Positions 1-12,713 of a DNA stretch of 64,000 nt are shown here, one piece after another. The notes under the pieces were generated by a model, which saw only the letters and a list, made by a program, of their open reading frames with translations, did no database searches and was not told the origin of the DNA. The stretch is from Gonapodya sp. JEL0774. Lineage: Eukaryota. The position numbers and the translations under genes are program-made. The stretch's first letter is position 1. Every line of letters begins with the position of its first letter. The DNA lies in the NCBI GenBank assembly GCA_027604505.1, contig JADIIX010000050.1:1-64000 (forward strand), given 5' to 3'.

Positions 1-10
1 AACAACTCTC

Positions 11-1774
11 TCAGACTGGCGCGCGGCCACGTTCCCGAGTGGTTACCGCTCGCGCGCGTCCCCCCTCCCCCCCCCCCCGCCCCCACGCCCCCACGCCCCC
101 CAACCCACCTCCCACTGCCCCCTCCAACCCCTTCACCCCACCCATCCTCTCCCTCGCCGTAGCCCTCCTGAGCCGAGCCTTGACATGATCCTGGTCGATC
201 TCTATGGCCCTGGAGGCGCTCCGTTCCGCGTCGTCCCATTTCTGGAGTGCCATGTAGCATGCTGCGGTGTTGGCGTGGAGGGTGGCGAGGAGGGCGAGGG
301 GGGCGGATGCGGGTGCGGGTGCGGGTGCGGTGGTGGGGGTTGGGTTGGGGGTTGGGGTGGGGGTGCTGGAGGAAGGGGACGTGGAGGAGGGGGATGGGGA
401 TGAGGAGGGGGACAAGGAGGGGGATGGGAGGAAGGAGAGCAACTGGATGGCTTGGGAATACTGGTCGATGGCGGGGGTGTATTGGAGTTGGGAGAAGAGG
501 GTGTTGCCACGGAGTTTGTGGGAGGTGGCGGAGGTGAGGATGTGCTGGGGTGGGGATGGGGGTGGGGTGGAGATGGGGGGGTGGGTGGGTTTGGGGGGGG
601 TGGGGGGATGGTGGGGTGGGTGGGTGGGTTTGGGGGGGGTGGGGGGATGGTGGGGTGGGGGAGGGGCGAAGGGTGGATAAACAAAAGGTGTGATAGGGAG
701 TGGGGTGTGTAGCGAGCCTAAGCCGGCTCAACTCACGTCGATTTCGGACTGGGAGGGTGGTGGTGGACCAGCTGGCGGGACGGGTTCGGGCTCCTGCACC
801 TGCACCTGCACCGGCTCAGACCCTGACTCTGACGCTTGCGCAGCACCCGCCCCCGCTCCGTCTCCGTCTCCGTTCATCCCTCCCCCTCTTCCGGGTCCGG
901 TTCCGTGTCCAGGTTCAGGTTCAGGTTCGGCGGCGCAACTGCTGTGGTTGAGCGCCGGTGTGGGTGTGGGTGTCGTGGGGTGTCGGGGAGTGTCGGTGTC
1001 GGCAGGTTCGGGTGCGGGTGCGTAGGTGGGGTAGCTGGGAATGGTGGGGACTCGGCGAGGAGTGGCGGTGGAAGGGGGTGGGGGAGCGGGGACGGGTGGC
1101 GGGGGGGGAGGTGGGGGGGCAGAAGATGAGTGGAGTGGAGCGGGTGGGGTGGGGGGAGGAGGGATTGATGTGGGATGGTGGGTGAAGGAAGGAAGGGGTT
1201 GGGCAGGAGGAGGAGAGGAAATGGATGTTGGATGTTGTGGAGAGGGTGGGGCGATGCCGGGGGAGGGAGAGCGGGGTGGCTGGCGTGGTGAGAGAGATTT
1301 GGCCGAGGCAGGAATGGACGAGGAGGTTGGAGGGCGAGAGATAGAATTAGGAGACGAGAAGGGAGGAACGGGCATGAAGGAGTTTCCGATGCGAGAACGG
1401 GATGGAGTGGGAGTGTGGGAGGGGGAGGGAGAGGGAGAGGGGGATGGGAAGAGGGAGGGAGAGGGAGAGGGTGAGAGGGCGGGTGCGTATTGAGCGAGTT
1501 TCTTGGCTGAGGAGTAAGGGCGGATGGGAGGAGGGGAGGGAGTGGGAAGAGGGGCAGGAGGTTCAGAAGGTTGAGGTGGGTTGGAGTGGAGGAGGTATTT
1601 CCTGTGCTCGTTGTCGTGGTTGTCGTGGTTGTCGTGGTTGTTGTGGTGGTTGTGCTGGTGGATTTCGTCCTCGTCCTGTGCCAAGTCGTCGTTTGCCGAC
1701 CAATACTCGTCCGAGTCCGAGTCCGAGTCCGAGTGCGAGTGCGAGTGCGAGTGGGTTTCCCGTGCCAAACTCAT
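11..1774 (-). CDS. TPR-repeat protein (TTC1-like), Pro/Ser-rich N-terminus; spliced
   Basis: Exon 1 runs from MSLARETH (ATG 1774) to a GTGAGT donor near 735. Exon 2 reads HILTSATSHKLRGNTLFSQLQYTPAIDQYSQAI...LHANTAACYMALQKWDDAERSASRAIEIDQDHVKARLRRATARE, i.e. canonical TPR motifs. The 3' end is uncertain (low-complexity sequence at the window edge). Confidence 0.8.
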
Positions 1775-2218
1775 CCTCAATGTGCAGTCTGCAGTCTGCC
1801 CCTGGTGTCGGTGGGGGTGTGGGTGTGGCACTGCATTGGGGCCACAGCTCCCATTCCCTTTCTCCCCTTGTCTCAATTCCAATCTCTCTCTCTCTTGCCC
1901 TCTTTTCTTTTCTTTTCTCTTTACTCTTTTCCATCAAATTCTCCTCTCTTCCCCTCTCAAATCATCTTCTCCCTTAATCATCCATTCCGCATTCTCTCCC
2001 TTCTTTACTCCTTTCTGTTTTTCTCTCCTTTTCTTCTCCTGCTCCCGGCCTCCCCCTCTCTGCTCTACTTTGCAGTCTGTATTAGTAGTGTGGTCCACTG
2101 TGGTCCGGTTAGTCATGCTGGTGTGGCGCAGTTTTTTGCTCCACACCCACTCCCCACTAGTGCTCCCTTCCCAACCCTTCCCTTCCTCCCCACATCCCCT
2201 TCCAATTCCCAATTCCCA

Positions 2219-3802
2219 ATGGGTATCGTACGCTCTCTCATCGGTGGAAGTGAACGCGCAGTCCGCGAGAAAATGATGGCTCAGAGGTATTTCTACCAGG
2301 TCCGTTCCTTTTCATTTGGCAGCACCCACGGCCACACACCGCACACCCCTACACGGGCAGACGGCAGACGCGGCACACCACAGACGGGACGGGCGGGACT
2401 GTGTCGACCCGAGACATGCCACAAGTGACACGGTCATGCAAAATGGCCGAATTGGAAAGTTGGCCCCGGAGTGGAGTGGAGTGGAATGGAGTCGAGTCGA
2501 GTCGAGTGGAGTGGAGTGGAATGGAGTGGAGTGGAATGGAGTCGAGTCGAGTGGAGTGGAGTATGGGTTCAGGTCGTGAAGTGGGACCCCATTGCATGTC
2601 CCCTGCATTGCATTGCGTTGGATCCGTTCGAGTCGTTTTGTACGGGAGAGCCCTGGAGTGGAGTCTTTGTACGGGGGCGCTGGAGTGGAGTGGAGTCGCA
2701 CACCCCATGTTTGTCCCCTGCATTGGATCCATGGAGTCTTTGTACGGGGGGCCATGGAGTGCNNNNNNNNNNNNNNNNNNNNNNNNNNNNNNNNNNNNNN
2801 NNNNNNNNNNNNNNNNNNNNNNNNNNNNNNNNNNNNNNNNNNNNNNNNNNNNNNNNNNNNNNNNNNNNNNNNNNNNNNNNNNNNNNNNNNNNNNNNNNNN
2901 NNNNNNNNNNNNNNNNNNNNNNNNNNNNNNNNNNNNNNNNNNNNNNNNNNNNNNNNNNNNNNNNNGGGGGGGGTTTGTGTGGGGGGGGGTGTTTGTGTGT
3001 GGGGGGGGGGGTGTGGGGGGGGGGGTGGGGTTGGGGGTTGGTGGGGGTAATGGGACCTACGTGCGGGATCGTGGAGGCAGGCAAGGTGTCGAACGAACGG
3101 GGGGTGGTCGTCCAGGACGGACACAACAACAACACAGTGCGTGTGTTCGTCCACGGTCCACGGTCCACGGTCACGACCATTGACGAAGGTAGTAGGCTCT
3201 TGGACCCGCGTGTGTGTGTGTGCAAGCGTGGCGCAAGACCCGTGGACTGAAACGCACTCCACTCCACCCGTGACCTGACCTTTATCCTCACCCCCCCTCC
3301 CCCCTCACTCTCCCCACCCTCCCAACCCCCGACATCGACATCTACCATTCGGTTGCCGTGGCACCTGGCACCTGGCAACCAGATTCCCGGGTCTGCCTAG
3401 ACCACTCGACGCTCGACCACGTCACACGAGGGGGTGCCTCGTGGAGTACTTGGAGTATGCGTCAAACGTGACGTGACGTGACGTGACGGTGGATACGTGT
3501 GTACGTGTGTATGTGGAGAAAATGTACATGTTACTGTCCTTGTGGTGGAATGGGGAACGAACAATGTGTCGTGAAGACTAGTCGAGGCCTCAGCGGGCTC
3601 GCAGCCCCAACACATGCTCCCACACGCTCCCACACGCTCAGCAGTGACTCGGGGGGGGGAGACCCACGGGTCCGCCCTGCCCCCCACCCTCCAGTCCACT
3701 CCAATAAGTGTGCCTGTTTCATTTATTTGCACCGCCGCGCCCGCGCCCAACGAGCTGTATTTGCTTTTTTCCCCAACGATCGAACGTGGCTACGCTCTCT
3801 AC
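2219..3802 (+). CDS. Small spliced protein, possibly cytochrome c oxidase subunit VII/COX7A-like (partial, tentative)
   Basis: Exon 2219-2299 encodes MGIVRSLIGGSERAVREKMMAQRYFYQ, followed by a GTCCGT donor. A candidate exon at 3695-3802 reads STPISVPV...GYALY. The pattern loosely resembles COX7A (Q..FQ...PV). The region contains a gap and low-quality sequence. Confidence 0.3.
2468..2562. repeat. Pentanucleotide tandem repeat (GGAGT/GGAAT/CGAGT)n
   Basis: Direct reading shows a run of GGAGT, GGAAT and CGAGT units. More copies occur at ~2655-2700 next to the N gap. Confidence 0.9.
2763..2965. other. Assembly gap (other 10-N gaps at 10552-10561, 16386-16395, 20092-20101)
   Basis: Runs of N, mostly flanked by poly-G/poly-C tracts. 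Confidence 1.
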
Positions 3803-4575
3803 GTACGTATGTACGTATGGGGCGTCGGCCAAAGTCAGCCCCGGGGGGCGGGCCGGACGCGGCACCCACTCTCACTCCCCTTGCCACTTGGCGACCGCCC
3901 ACAGAAATAACGGGGCCTTTCATTTTTTTTCATGTGGACCGCCCCCCCCCCCCCCCCCCCCGCCGGGGCGGGGGGGGGGGGGCGGCGGGGAGGGGGGGCG
4001 GGCCGGGGCCCCCCCCCCCCCCCCCGGCCCCCCTGTGCCCCCCCCCCCAAAAACAAGCGGGGATTTTTTTTTTTTTGAGGGGCCCCCCCCCCCCCCCCCC
4101 CCCCCGGCCTGACGCACTTTGCGTGGGGCGCAGCGCTCATTATGTACCGGCCGATACAGGAGTGGCCCGGCAACCGCCTGCCCCGTGGCCCCTTTCTTTT
4201 GGCGAGGGCCTGCGTGGTGGGCCAGTGGATGATGGTGGTGGGGTGGGGACCTGTGCAAGTGAAAGTCGGTATGTATGTACGTACGTTCTTTGAACCCAAA
4301 CCCGTCAAATCTTTGTTGTACCGTGCCTGTCCCTTTCAATGAGTGGTCGAGAGAGGAGAGGCGATGAATTCAATTGTATTTCAATTTTTCAATTGCGAGC
4401 TTGCGACTTTCAGTGTACATAATACGTGATTTTGTGGCGAGGCAACCGATTTGGATTTGGCGTGGTCGTTTCGGGGAAGCCGGCCACCCAACTGTGGTGT
4501 GCAGTGTGCATCCGGATACCACTTGCAAGTCCAACAACCAACACAACCAACCAACCAACCCCTCGTCCGATCCCG

Positions 4576-7500
4576 ATGGCGATGTACGCCCCCACACCCT
4601 CTGCGTACCACTCGCTCCTCTCACCCGATCCGCGCATGCACCCGCGGTACAAACGGTCCCGGAAAGACCCCCGTCCGCTCCGTCTGTTTCGACCACATTC
4701 CGCACATTCCACATCGTCGGCGTCGGGAGGAGACACTCGACGCTCTTATGCGGACAAGCTGCGATCGAAAATCGAGTTTCCGTCGGCGAGGAGAGCAGAA
4801 TGGACAGTGAAAATGGCAGAGATCATGGAAGCGGCGCGGAGGGAAAGGGAAAGGGAAAGGGAAATGGAAAGGGAAAGCAGGACCGCGTGGGATGGGGATG
4901 GGGATGGGGAAGGGGATGGGGATCGGGCGAGAGTGGATGGGCTCGGCACAGACACGCCAGACCGTGCTGATGATGATGATGATGGCGGCGGCGGCGGTTT
5001 GGATGACTTGGACCTGCGTGATACTCTGGAGGGCGGTCGTGGTGGATCACGGTTTGAACAGGCCGTGGTCAGAGGGACGGGAAGCGGGACGGACACGACA
5101 GCTCGACCAGCACACTTCGCACCCCGAACTACAGTATCGAGTTCCACCGCCACGCACGGTGGCGGTGGTGGTGACCGTGGCCGGAACATGGGAACATGTG
5201 CGCGAGGCAGCGGGGGTGATTCGGGGCGGCAAGAAGCATACGGCAACGGGAGACCCGGCGTGGGAGAGTTCCACGGACGGGTCAATAATAATAATGGGAG
5301 CTCCGCGGGGACATGGCGAAAAATAGGGCTGAATGGTGGTGCTCGTGCTGGTCCTGAGCAGGGCACAGCGGGTGCCGGTGCGGGTGCGGCCAGAGATGGC
5401 AGCACCGCGGTTCCTCGAGCTGCTGGCCGGCCGCCGCCGTCCCTACTCGCCCCGACATCCTTGTCCCGGATCGTCTCATTTCCAACTCGCCGGCCCCCGG
5501 CAGGACAATCTGGTCACCAACTTCCCCCTGTCAACCCGGCCGTCCTCGCCGCTCTGTTTCCTCCACAAGGCGGTGCCACCTCTCACTCTACCTCTGCCTC
5601 AACCACCGCCCACGATGAATCTTCAACGGGCACAGAAGAGAGTGGTCGTGCCGGCGTGGACCCACCTGCCGTATCGTCCACCGGCTCGGCCCTCACGTCC
5701 GGTCCGCACATCGCCTTTCAAACCCTTTACTCCTCTCAAACCACCCCGCTCCTGACCCTACACCATAAGCCGGCGCAGCTCGCCACACTTCATATTCCCC
5801 TCCAACCTTGTCATCTCGTTGCCGGTGTCACCGAATCCGGTGTGAGGCTCAACCCTTACTTGACTCCACGGACTTTGGCGAAACAATTGACTCCGCAGCA
5901 ACGCAGAGTCGTCGACGAGCTGGATCGACTTATTGGGGATGTGCCGGTTGCACGAAAACTGAACGGAACCGATGCGAATCCCGGAGGAGGAAACGTGTCG
6001 CAGGATCCCCCATCTGGTGCGCCTCATCCCCCAGCATCATCTGTTGCCCGTGGAGCCGGTGGCATTGTGGCTCTGGAAGTCAAAGCCGAGCTCGTGCGGT
6101 TATTGGCGAAGGAGTGCGAAGGGATATTGCCTATTCGGTTTGGGACCATTCCGGAATCTGTGGCGAGCGGACAAGTTGCGCAGGATCAGGGTCTAGGAGC
6201 TGGAGTGGTAGCTGGCTTGAGATGTGAGTGTTTTATACTTTTCGAGGAAATCCCGTATGTTGCCGACCTTCATCGTATGTGCTTTTGCTCCGCTCCAACC
6301 AGTGCCGCTGCCACCACCTCCCACGCCCCGTCCCATACCCCCTCCGAAAACCCAACCTCGTGCCGACCGTGCCAAGTCATCCGCATCATTGACTTCAACG
6401 GGGCGATCGGTTGACGGAAATACGGATCCTGTCGACTCCAGCGCCCCCGCCTCATCATCCAACACTGGTTCCTCGCGTCCTTCTGCCATCACTGCATCTA
6501 AGGCGCGATCCAATTCCAAGTCCTCGACAAACAAAAACTCCAGCTCCCATTCCTCCCGTGCCTCCCGCCCATCTGTCAAGTTTCCCACACCGCGCCATCT
6601 CCTCAGCTCGGGCCTTGACGTCGTTGTAACCCCCAGGAAGAAACCCTCAGATTTGAAAAAGACGAAAAAGTCGGATGCTGTTGTGGGTAATGCGATGCCC
6701 ACTGTTGCTGCACCAGTGGTTACAGGAACAGGGCCCGAGGCAGAGCTTATTACACGACCACCAGCGGAGACGGATGCAGTAGTCGCTACAACGGGAGCCG
6801 ACAAGGAGACTGTGGTCGACGCGCAGCCAACTGCGGAGTCGTCATCTGCTCTCACTCCACTGTCCGAGAGGCAGTTCCAACTGATTTCATCGGATGCCCC
6901 GCCACCCCCTTCCCCAATCCTGACCGGGCGATCTGCAAACCCACCGGCTAGTGTTGGATCCGTACAGGGGAATGAGCGGGGGAAGAAGCGGCCGCTCCAG
7001 GAGTCGGGCGGAACTGGAACGGGGAGGAAGAGGGCGAAGGTTGAAGGTGTGTTGACAAAGGGAGCTTGGACTGGTTCATATCTTTCCGGTGCTTTGATTA
7101 AATGAAGCTTTCCCTTCTAACTCTACTCAATTTCGGATGTGCAGCTACAGCTCCGCGAAGTAGACCATGTGAGCATAACATTGATGATGCCTCGCGTTCA
7201 CGCCAAGGGGTCTCATTACTTCTTCCAATGATGTCCCTTCTCTATGAACTCCTAGCACGCATCAAACCAACATGCCCTCGATGCCCCAACAGCTTCTTAA
7301 ATCCCCGATGTCGGCTCGACCAACTAGGATGTCCGGAATGCAAAGGAGTCGTGGACGCCGCAACCGGACAGATTCTAACCGAGTACGACGAGGAACCGGA
7401 AGAACAAGTAGCGCCATCCTCGCTCCCGACAAATCCTCCGGGTTCCAAGTGGCCACCGAAAGCCGTGCCGATTTCGTCCGATGTTGATGTAGATTGGAGT

Positions 7501-8782
7501 GCCGATGACACATTCAGTGGGATGCCAGCGGAAGTACTGGAAGATCTGCGAGCGGTCGAGCACGGAGCGAGAGCGCAAACGGGGAAGCCAGAGTCAGAAG
7601 ACGAGGTGGAGGTGGAAGCTGTTGAAGAGGATGGAGAGTCGAATGGTGAAAAGGAGGCGAGACTTCGGAGGTTGGACGACAGAAGTGGTACAGCCCACGT
7701 ACTCCCAGGTGAGTCGGCGGTGTGCCTTTGATCGGGTGCCAACTTGAGTAACCCGAGTTACCATAGATGCTGAAGATGAGATGGGTACTGCCGCTGCAGT
7801 AGACTTGGCAGCTCTTCCAGGCGTCAAAGGCCAGGCAGCAAAGAGAGGGCGAGGTGGCAAGACCAAGGTGAGTCTCAAGGGAATAATATTTGTGTTGTTG
7901 AAGTCAGCTGAGATCAAAGATATTCGATCTACGCTTTACAAGGCACCTGCGCCGCGGCCCCCAAAGCGTCCAAAGATTACCAAGAAGGAGCAGGAGAGGC
8001 TCCTTCAGCAAGTGAGCACCATTCATTTTGCTTTATGCAACTGGTTTTTGAACTCGTACGCCGCACTCCTGCTGTAGAGCATGTTCTCTACCAAGGAGGC
8101 AGATGCGCTGCAGGCAACTCCATATCGAAATGCGCGACGGGGTTCCCTCGCGAGAAAGCTGGATTCCGTTCTAGGTCCGGGATTACTGGATACACCGGAA
8201 GGCGGAGAGGATGTGAGTTTTGTTTGGGTGTTGAGCCTGTCAGAGCTTGATCGGCTGGTCACTAAAAACCTTTTTTATTCTGTAATTCGGCCACCAACCA
8301 CTTTGCAATTTCAGGATGACGGAACTCCCGATTCAACACGCCAGAGTCGATCTCCAGTTATCACCCCATTTACAAATAGGTATACAGGCGAAGAAGATCG
8401 CGTGGATGTTGCCACACCAGATGTCGATCAAATGCAGGCTATCAAGAACAGAGACAAGTATGTTGGGCATGTTCAGAACGAACTGAAGCGACGGGGAAGG
8501 GGTGGTGCGGCTGCCGCGTCGGCGGTGGGCAAGACTGCCAGGGGGAAACCTGGTGCCACGAGGGGAAGGGGACGTGGGGCAAGCAGGGCCATGACGGGTC
8601 GGGAGCTCCAGGAAGGAAAGACCAAACAACAAGCTGTGGATGATTCTTCTTCTTCAAGGTACACGGACGATGAAGACGAAATGCGGAGTGATAGTGAATT
8701 GCGAAGTGGCAGCGAGTATGAGATGGAGACCAGTGAGAGTGACACTGAGATTGAAAGTCTCAGTTCCGACGATGAATTTTAA
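4576..8782 (+). CDS. Large low-complexity hypothetical protein with a CxxC...C...CxxC zinc-binding-like segment and acidic C-terminus; multi-exon
   Basis: Long ORFs (4426-6414, 6224-7105, 7102-7731, 7781-8077, 8081-8782) are joined by consensus introns, e.g. GTGAGT 6224 to CAG 6302. Contains CPRCPNSFLNPRCRLDQLGCPECKG and NLS-like KKRP/RKRAK. No family recognised. Confidence 0.6.
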
Positions 8783-9555
8783 TGAGGGTTTGTTATGCAC
8801 CAATTTTGTACGCATTATGTTATTTGAGGCAGACTACATACTTTACGGTAATACACGTCTGGAAATCATATGTGCCAAATGCTGTAAACTGGCTGATGTG
8901 TTGAGCTGTGGTGGTGAGTCATCACTCTCATCCTTTCTGCTCTTGCTCCCACTACCACGTCCTCAAACTCCATTACCACTCCTTCCCCCCTTTCACCTCT
9001 CTTTCCTCTCCATACCCTCTGCCCACACCGCCAACGTCTTCTCCCCCGGGTTCCGCCGGGACGGTTGGGACAATTGTTACCAGTCAGTGTATTTGCTTCG
9101 AGTCCCTCCTGGGGCAGGCCATAAGTTGGACTATGGTATGTATTTTCTCTTTGAATTCAGATGATTCTGGATCTGGACATTGATTTCTGCGATAGCGGCC
9201 ATACCCTAGGCATCGAATGCGCAGCCGTTGTCAATGCCTGCTCGAAATGTAGGGCGCCGCTTTCTTTGAATGAAGTAAGATTGGTCTCGATTTTTGAGTT
9301 GGTGGAAACACTGATTCTTCTTGGCATGTCCACAGATGCGACGAATCCATCTTTGAGCTGGCCCTATTCCTGGCTAAGACGTTTAATTGCATTCCCGCCG
9401 ACACTTTGCAGTCATATCATGATGTCAATTTAGATTTCCTCGCTACCTGTTTTGTATGTTTTTGAATCATGAACGGATATCTAAAAGGGTTGTTGTATGT
9501 ATGTGCAGTCTGTTCGATTGCGATTTGTGAATCCCCCAGTTGAAACCGTTTCCAA

Positions 9556-12419
9556 ATGGATCAAAATGAATGGAAAGAATGGGTCCTACAAGCAGAGGAA
9601 GAATACCGAATGGAGGCGGAGTTGGGACAGCCAGTGAGACTCAAAGTGAGGATGAAAGGAGATTCGACAAACGGGACAAATGGGAACGGAGGAACTCCTG
9701 TGGACCCGGATGGGGACCTTCAGTTTGCTATCGTGAAATTGAAGAGCCAATCTTTGATCAGGTCTTTGCTGAAGCCAGCAAGCAGCTGATCGGGGGGTTG
9801 ATGGAGGAAAACCGGGTCAACGTTTCAACATATCTCAGAGTTTTTCTTCTTAGAGCGATATCAATGGATCCAAATTTTGATACCATCTCACTACTGTGCG
9901 TGATTTTTCTGCGCCCTTTCGTTCCACCCCATTGTTCCACTTCGCCATGACTCCTTTTGGCAACTGACTTTCTTTGCAAAGCTCTCCTCCGGCACCGCCG
10001 AGATATTCGGCACCGAGCTAGCACGGGACCAGGAGTATGAGTTCCAAGGGAGGAAAGTAGCGGTATTTTCATGGACAGGTTGCAAGCTGAAGATAAGTAG
10101 TCATCACCACAAAAAGCAACCGGACAATATCACCCTTGAAGAAGTCGATGAGTGAATGAATGGAGAAGCCTTCCCTGCAATTCCCTCGTGGTGGAACTCT
10201 CATGCAAGCGGTGATCACCTCAATTTCTGTCATCTTATCGTTCCTCCCTCTCTCCACGTCCAAGGCACGCCCAGCGCCGAATATGTCGCCGGTGAAACTC
10301 CCATGGCATCGTATCTGAATGTTCACCTGGCCCTTGAAGAGGCCCGTGCGGATTCTCTCACGTCGCAAGGGTTTGTGGAGGACGAACATCGAATGGAAGG
10401 GCCCAGGGTGAGTAGGGAGGGAGTGGGATGCTGAGAGCTATGTAAAAAATACTGTCTGGAGTTTGAGAACGTGCGATGTTTTGGGGTCGATGGGGGAGGG
10501 GGTGGCGGGGGGGGGCGGGGGGCGTTGTCGAAGCCCTTCTCCGCAGTATCTNNNNNNNNNNTTGCTGCTGCTGTGTGCTGTCTGTGCTGAGAGTGCTGTG
10601 TGTGCTGTCTGCATTCCCCCTGTGTGCCCACCCCCCGGGGGGGGCGCCGCCCCGCCCCGCGCGGCGCCCGTTGTCGAAGCCCTTCTCCGCAGTATCTATC
10701 GGAAGAACAATCAAAAGTCCCCAATCATCAACATACTATATTCTTTTCTCTTTTGTACCCTGCTGACCCGCCACCCAGGTCCTTATCGTCGGACCCTCTG
10801 ACTCTGGCAAAACCTCACTCGCCAAAATCCTTTTGAACTACGCCATCAAGGAGGGTCGAACACCTCTTTTCGTAGACATTGATCCGGGTGAAGTATGAAA
10901 TCTGCCTCTCCGTTTTCATAGTTTCATGTCACCCCTTACGATTTCCACCGTCCCCTTCTGTCCCCACCTGGATTCTCAATGTGCCCAGGCCTCGGTAACC
11001 ATCCCCGGCTCCCTCTCCGCCACACCTTTAGTCCGTCCCCTCGACGCTGAAGACGAATTCTCCACCACACCCTTGACGTCTTCCACTGCGCCGTTCGTGC
11101 TGTACCATGGGTATCCGCGACCGGGGGAGCATCAGGCATTGTACAAGGCGCAAGTGGAGAAATTAGCAGAGGTGGTGGGGAGGAAGGTGGCAGTAGATGG
11201 GGAGGGTGAGTGAAGGGATAAAGGTTCTTCTGTGCGCGCGAACTCCTAACCTCCTGCCAACTCCATCGTATAACAGTCCGTACCTCTGGTCTCATCATCG
11301 ACACACCCAGCCAATTCACCGAAAGTGCCGGCAAAGAACTCCTCCAGCACACGATGAGGATGCTGAGAGGTGAGTTCATCATCGCGTTATGCCATTAATG
11401 CCGTTGCCACACACGACTGTTTCACGCGCACCGCCTACGACAAAGTTACCGTCGTCCTCGTCATCGGTGACGAACGGCTCTACAGTGAATTGTCGCGGAA
11501 CGCTGCACGGGATGCTCTGGGTGTTGCGGTGGTACGGTTGGCGAAATCTGGCGGGGTGAGTGGTGTGGTGGACTCGGAAATCGCACCGTGGGGCCCAGCT
11601 CAGCCCCGACCACCCCTTGACCTACCTTTCCCCACGCAAACCCCCCTTCCCCCCCCACCGGCCCCCTCCCGCCCCATGGCCCTCCATTCGAACCAGGTGG
11701 TCTCGCGTGACGCCAAGTACCGTAAACAATCCGACCACCGAGCGGTCCGCGAGTACTTTTACGGAACCCGTCGGAGCGAAATATCGGCGTACAGTACGCC
11801 TGTGGTGTTTGGAGAGGTGAATGTGCGCAGGGTTGGCGAAAGTGAGTCGGGCGAGCACAGAAGCATGATCGACGGCGGTGTGCGGTGCGCGGGAGGGGGA
11901 TCCCAGTACGGACATGTGCCAACGTTCACTGAAACGAACCTCAACCTTGCATTCCGTCCCACACGTGCCTCCAACGGCACAACCCCAAACCCTGCTCTCC
12001 CACCCCCAACCCAGTCCCCGCCTACCTCACCCTCGGCTCGGACTCCCACCTGTCCCAAACTCGCATGGTGCGCGTCGACCCTGGCGACGTGCTGCTCAAC
12101 TCGGTCCTTGCGCTGACCAACGTCGAGGCGCCCATGCCCGGATCCGGGGGGGCGGAGGGCAAGGCGGAGACCAAGGATGCCGACGATGAGGCTAGGGTGG
12201 CGATGGGGAAGGTGGAGGGGTTTGTGGTGGTGTGAGTTTGTTTATCGGTCCTGCGGCACCCACCCGTACCACCCCACCTCACCCTTGCCCCCATCCCCAC
12301 CCCACCCCGACAGCTCCGAAGTCTCCGAGGAAAAGAAGCGCATGGCGATGCTCGTTCCTGCTCCGGGGAGGTTGCCGAGACGGTATTACGTCATGGGGGG
12401 TTTGAAGTGGAGGGAGTGA
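9556..12419 (+). CDS. CLP1: mRNA cleavage and polyadenylation factor / polynucleotide kinase Clp1
   Basis: Exons encode [24 protein letters not shown]...[25 protein letters not shown], Walker [42 protein letters not shown]...REYFYG and PAPGRLP. Confidence 0.95.
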
Positions 12420-12713
12420 GCGGGAGGTCCGAGGGTGGGGTCCCAGGAGGGTAGGAGGGGAGTGGGGGGTACGTGTGTATTATTTTGGTTGGAGGCGGGG
12501 CCGTCTACGACAGAATGTATTGTACCGTATGGATTGGCAATTGTGTGGCATCATCATAACAGCAAATATCTTGGGTTTTCCGCTGCTTCTGCTTTAGTTC
12601 TTCATGTTTTATGTTTCACGGAACAACGGACCTCCTCAGTGGAGATTCGTAACTATCCCGACAGATTGAAACAGTAAGCAAATATGTATTATGTATATGA
12701 ATATAGTTATAAG

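Noticed and set aside
2468..2762. GGAGT/GGAAT array as telomere, centromeric satellite or CRISPR
   Set aside because: It is short, has no spacers, lies inside a probable intron, and has no associated genes.
185..4340. Many overlapping Gly/Pro-rich ORFs on both strands
   Set aside because: These are by-products of G/C homopolymer sequence lacking stop codons, or antisense shadows of the TPR gene.
9260..9545. In-frame TGA codons as selenocysteine (some early-diverging fungi use Sec)
   Set aside because: No CxxU/UxxC redox context, no recognisable selenoprotein homology, and no SECIS seen.
10523..10697. 29-bp direct repeat (CGTTGTCGAAGCCCTTCTCCGCAGTATCT) at 10523-10551 and 10669-10697
   Set aside because: The first copy ends exactly at a 10-N gap and both follow similar G-rich sequence. 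This fits an unmerged contig overlap better than a TSD or CRISPR-like repeat.
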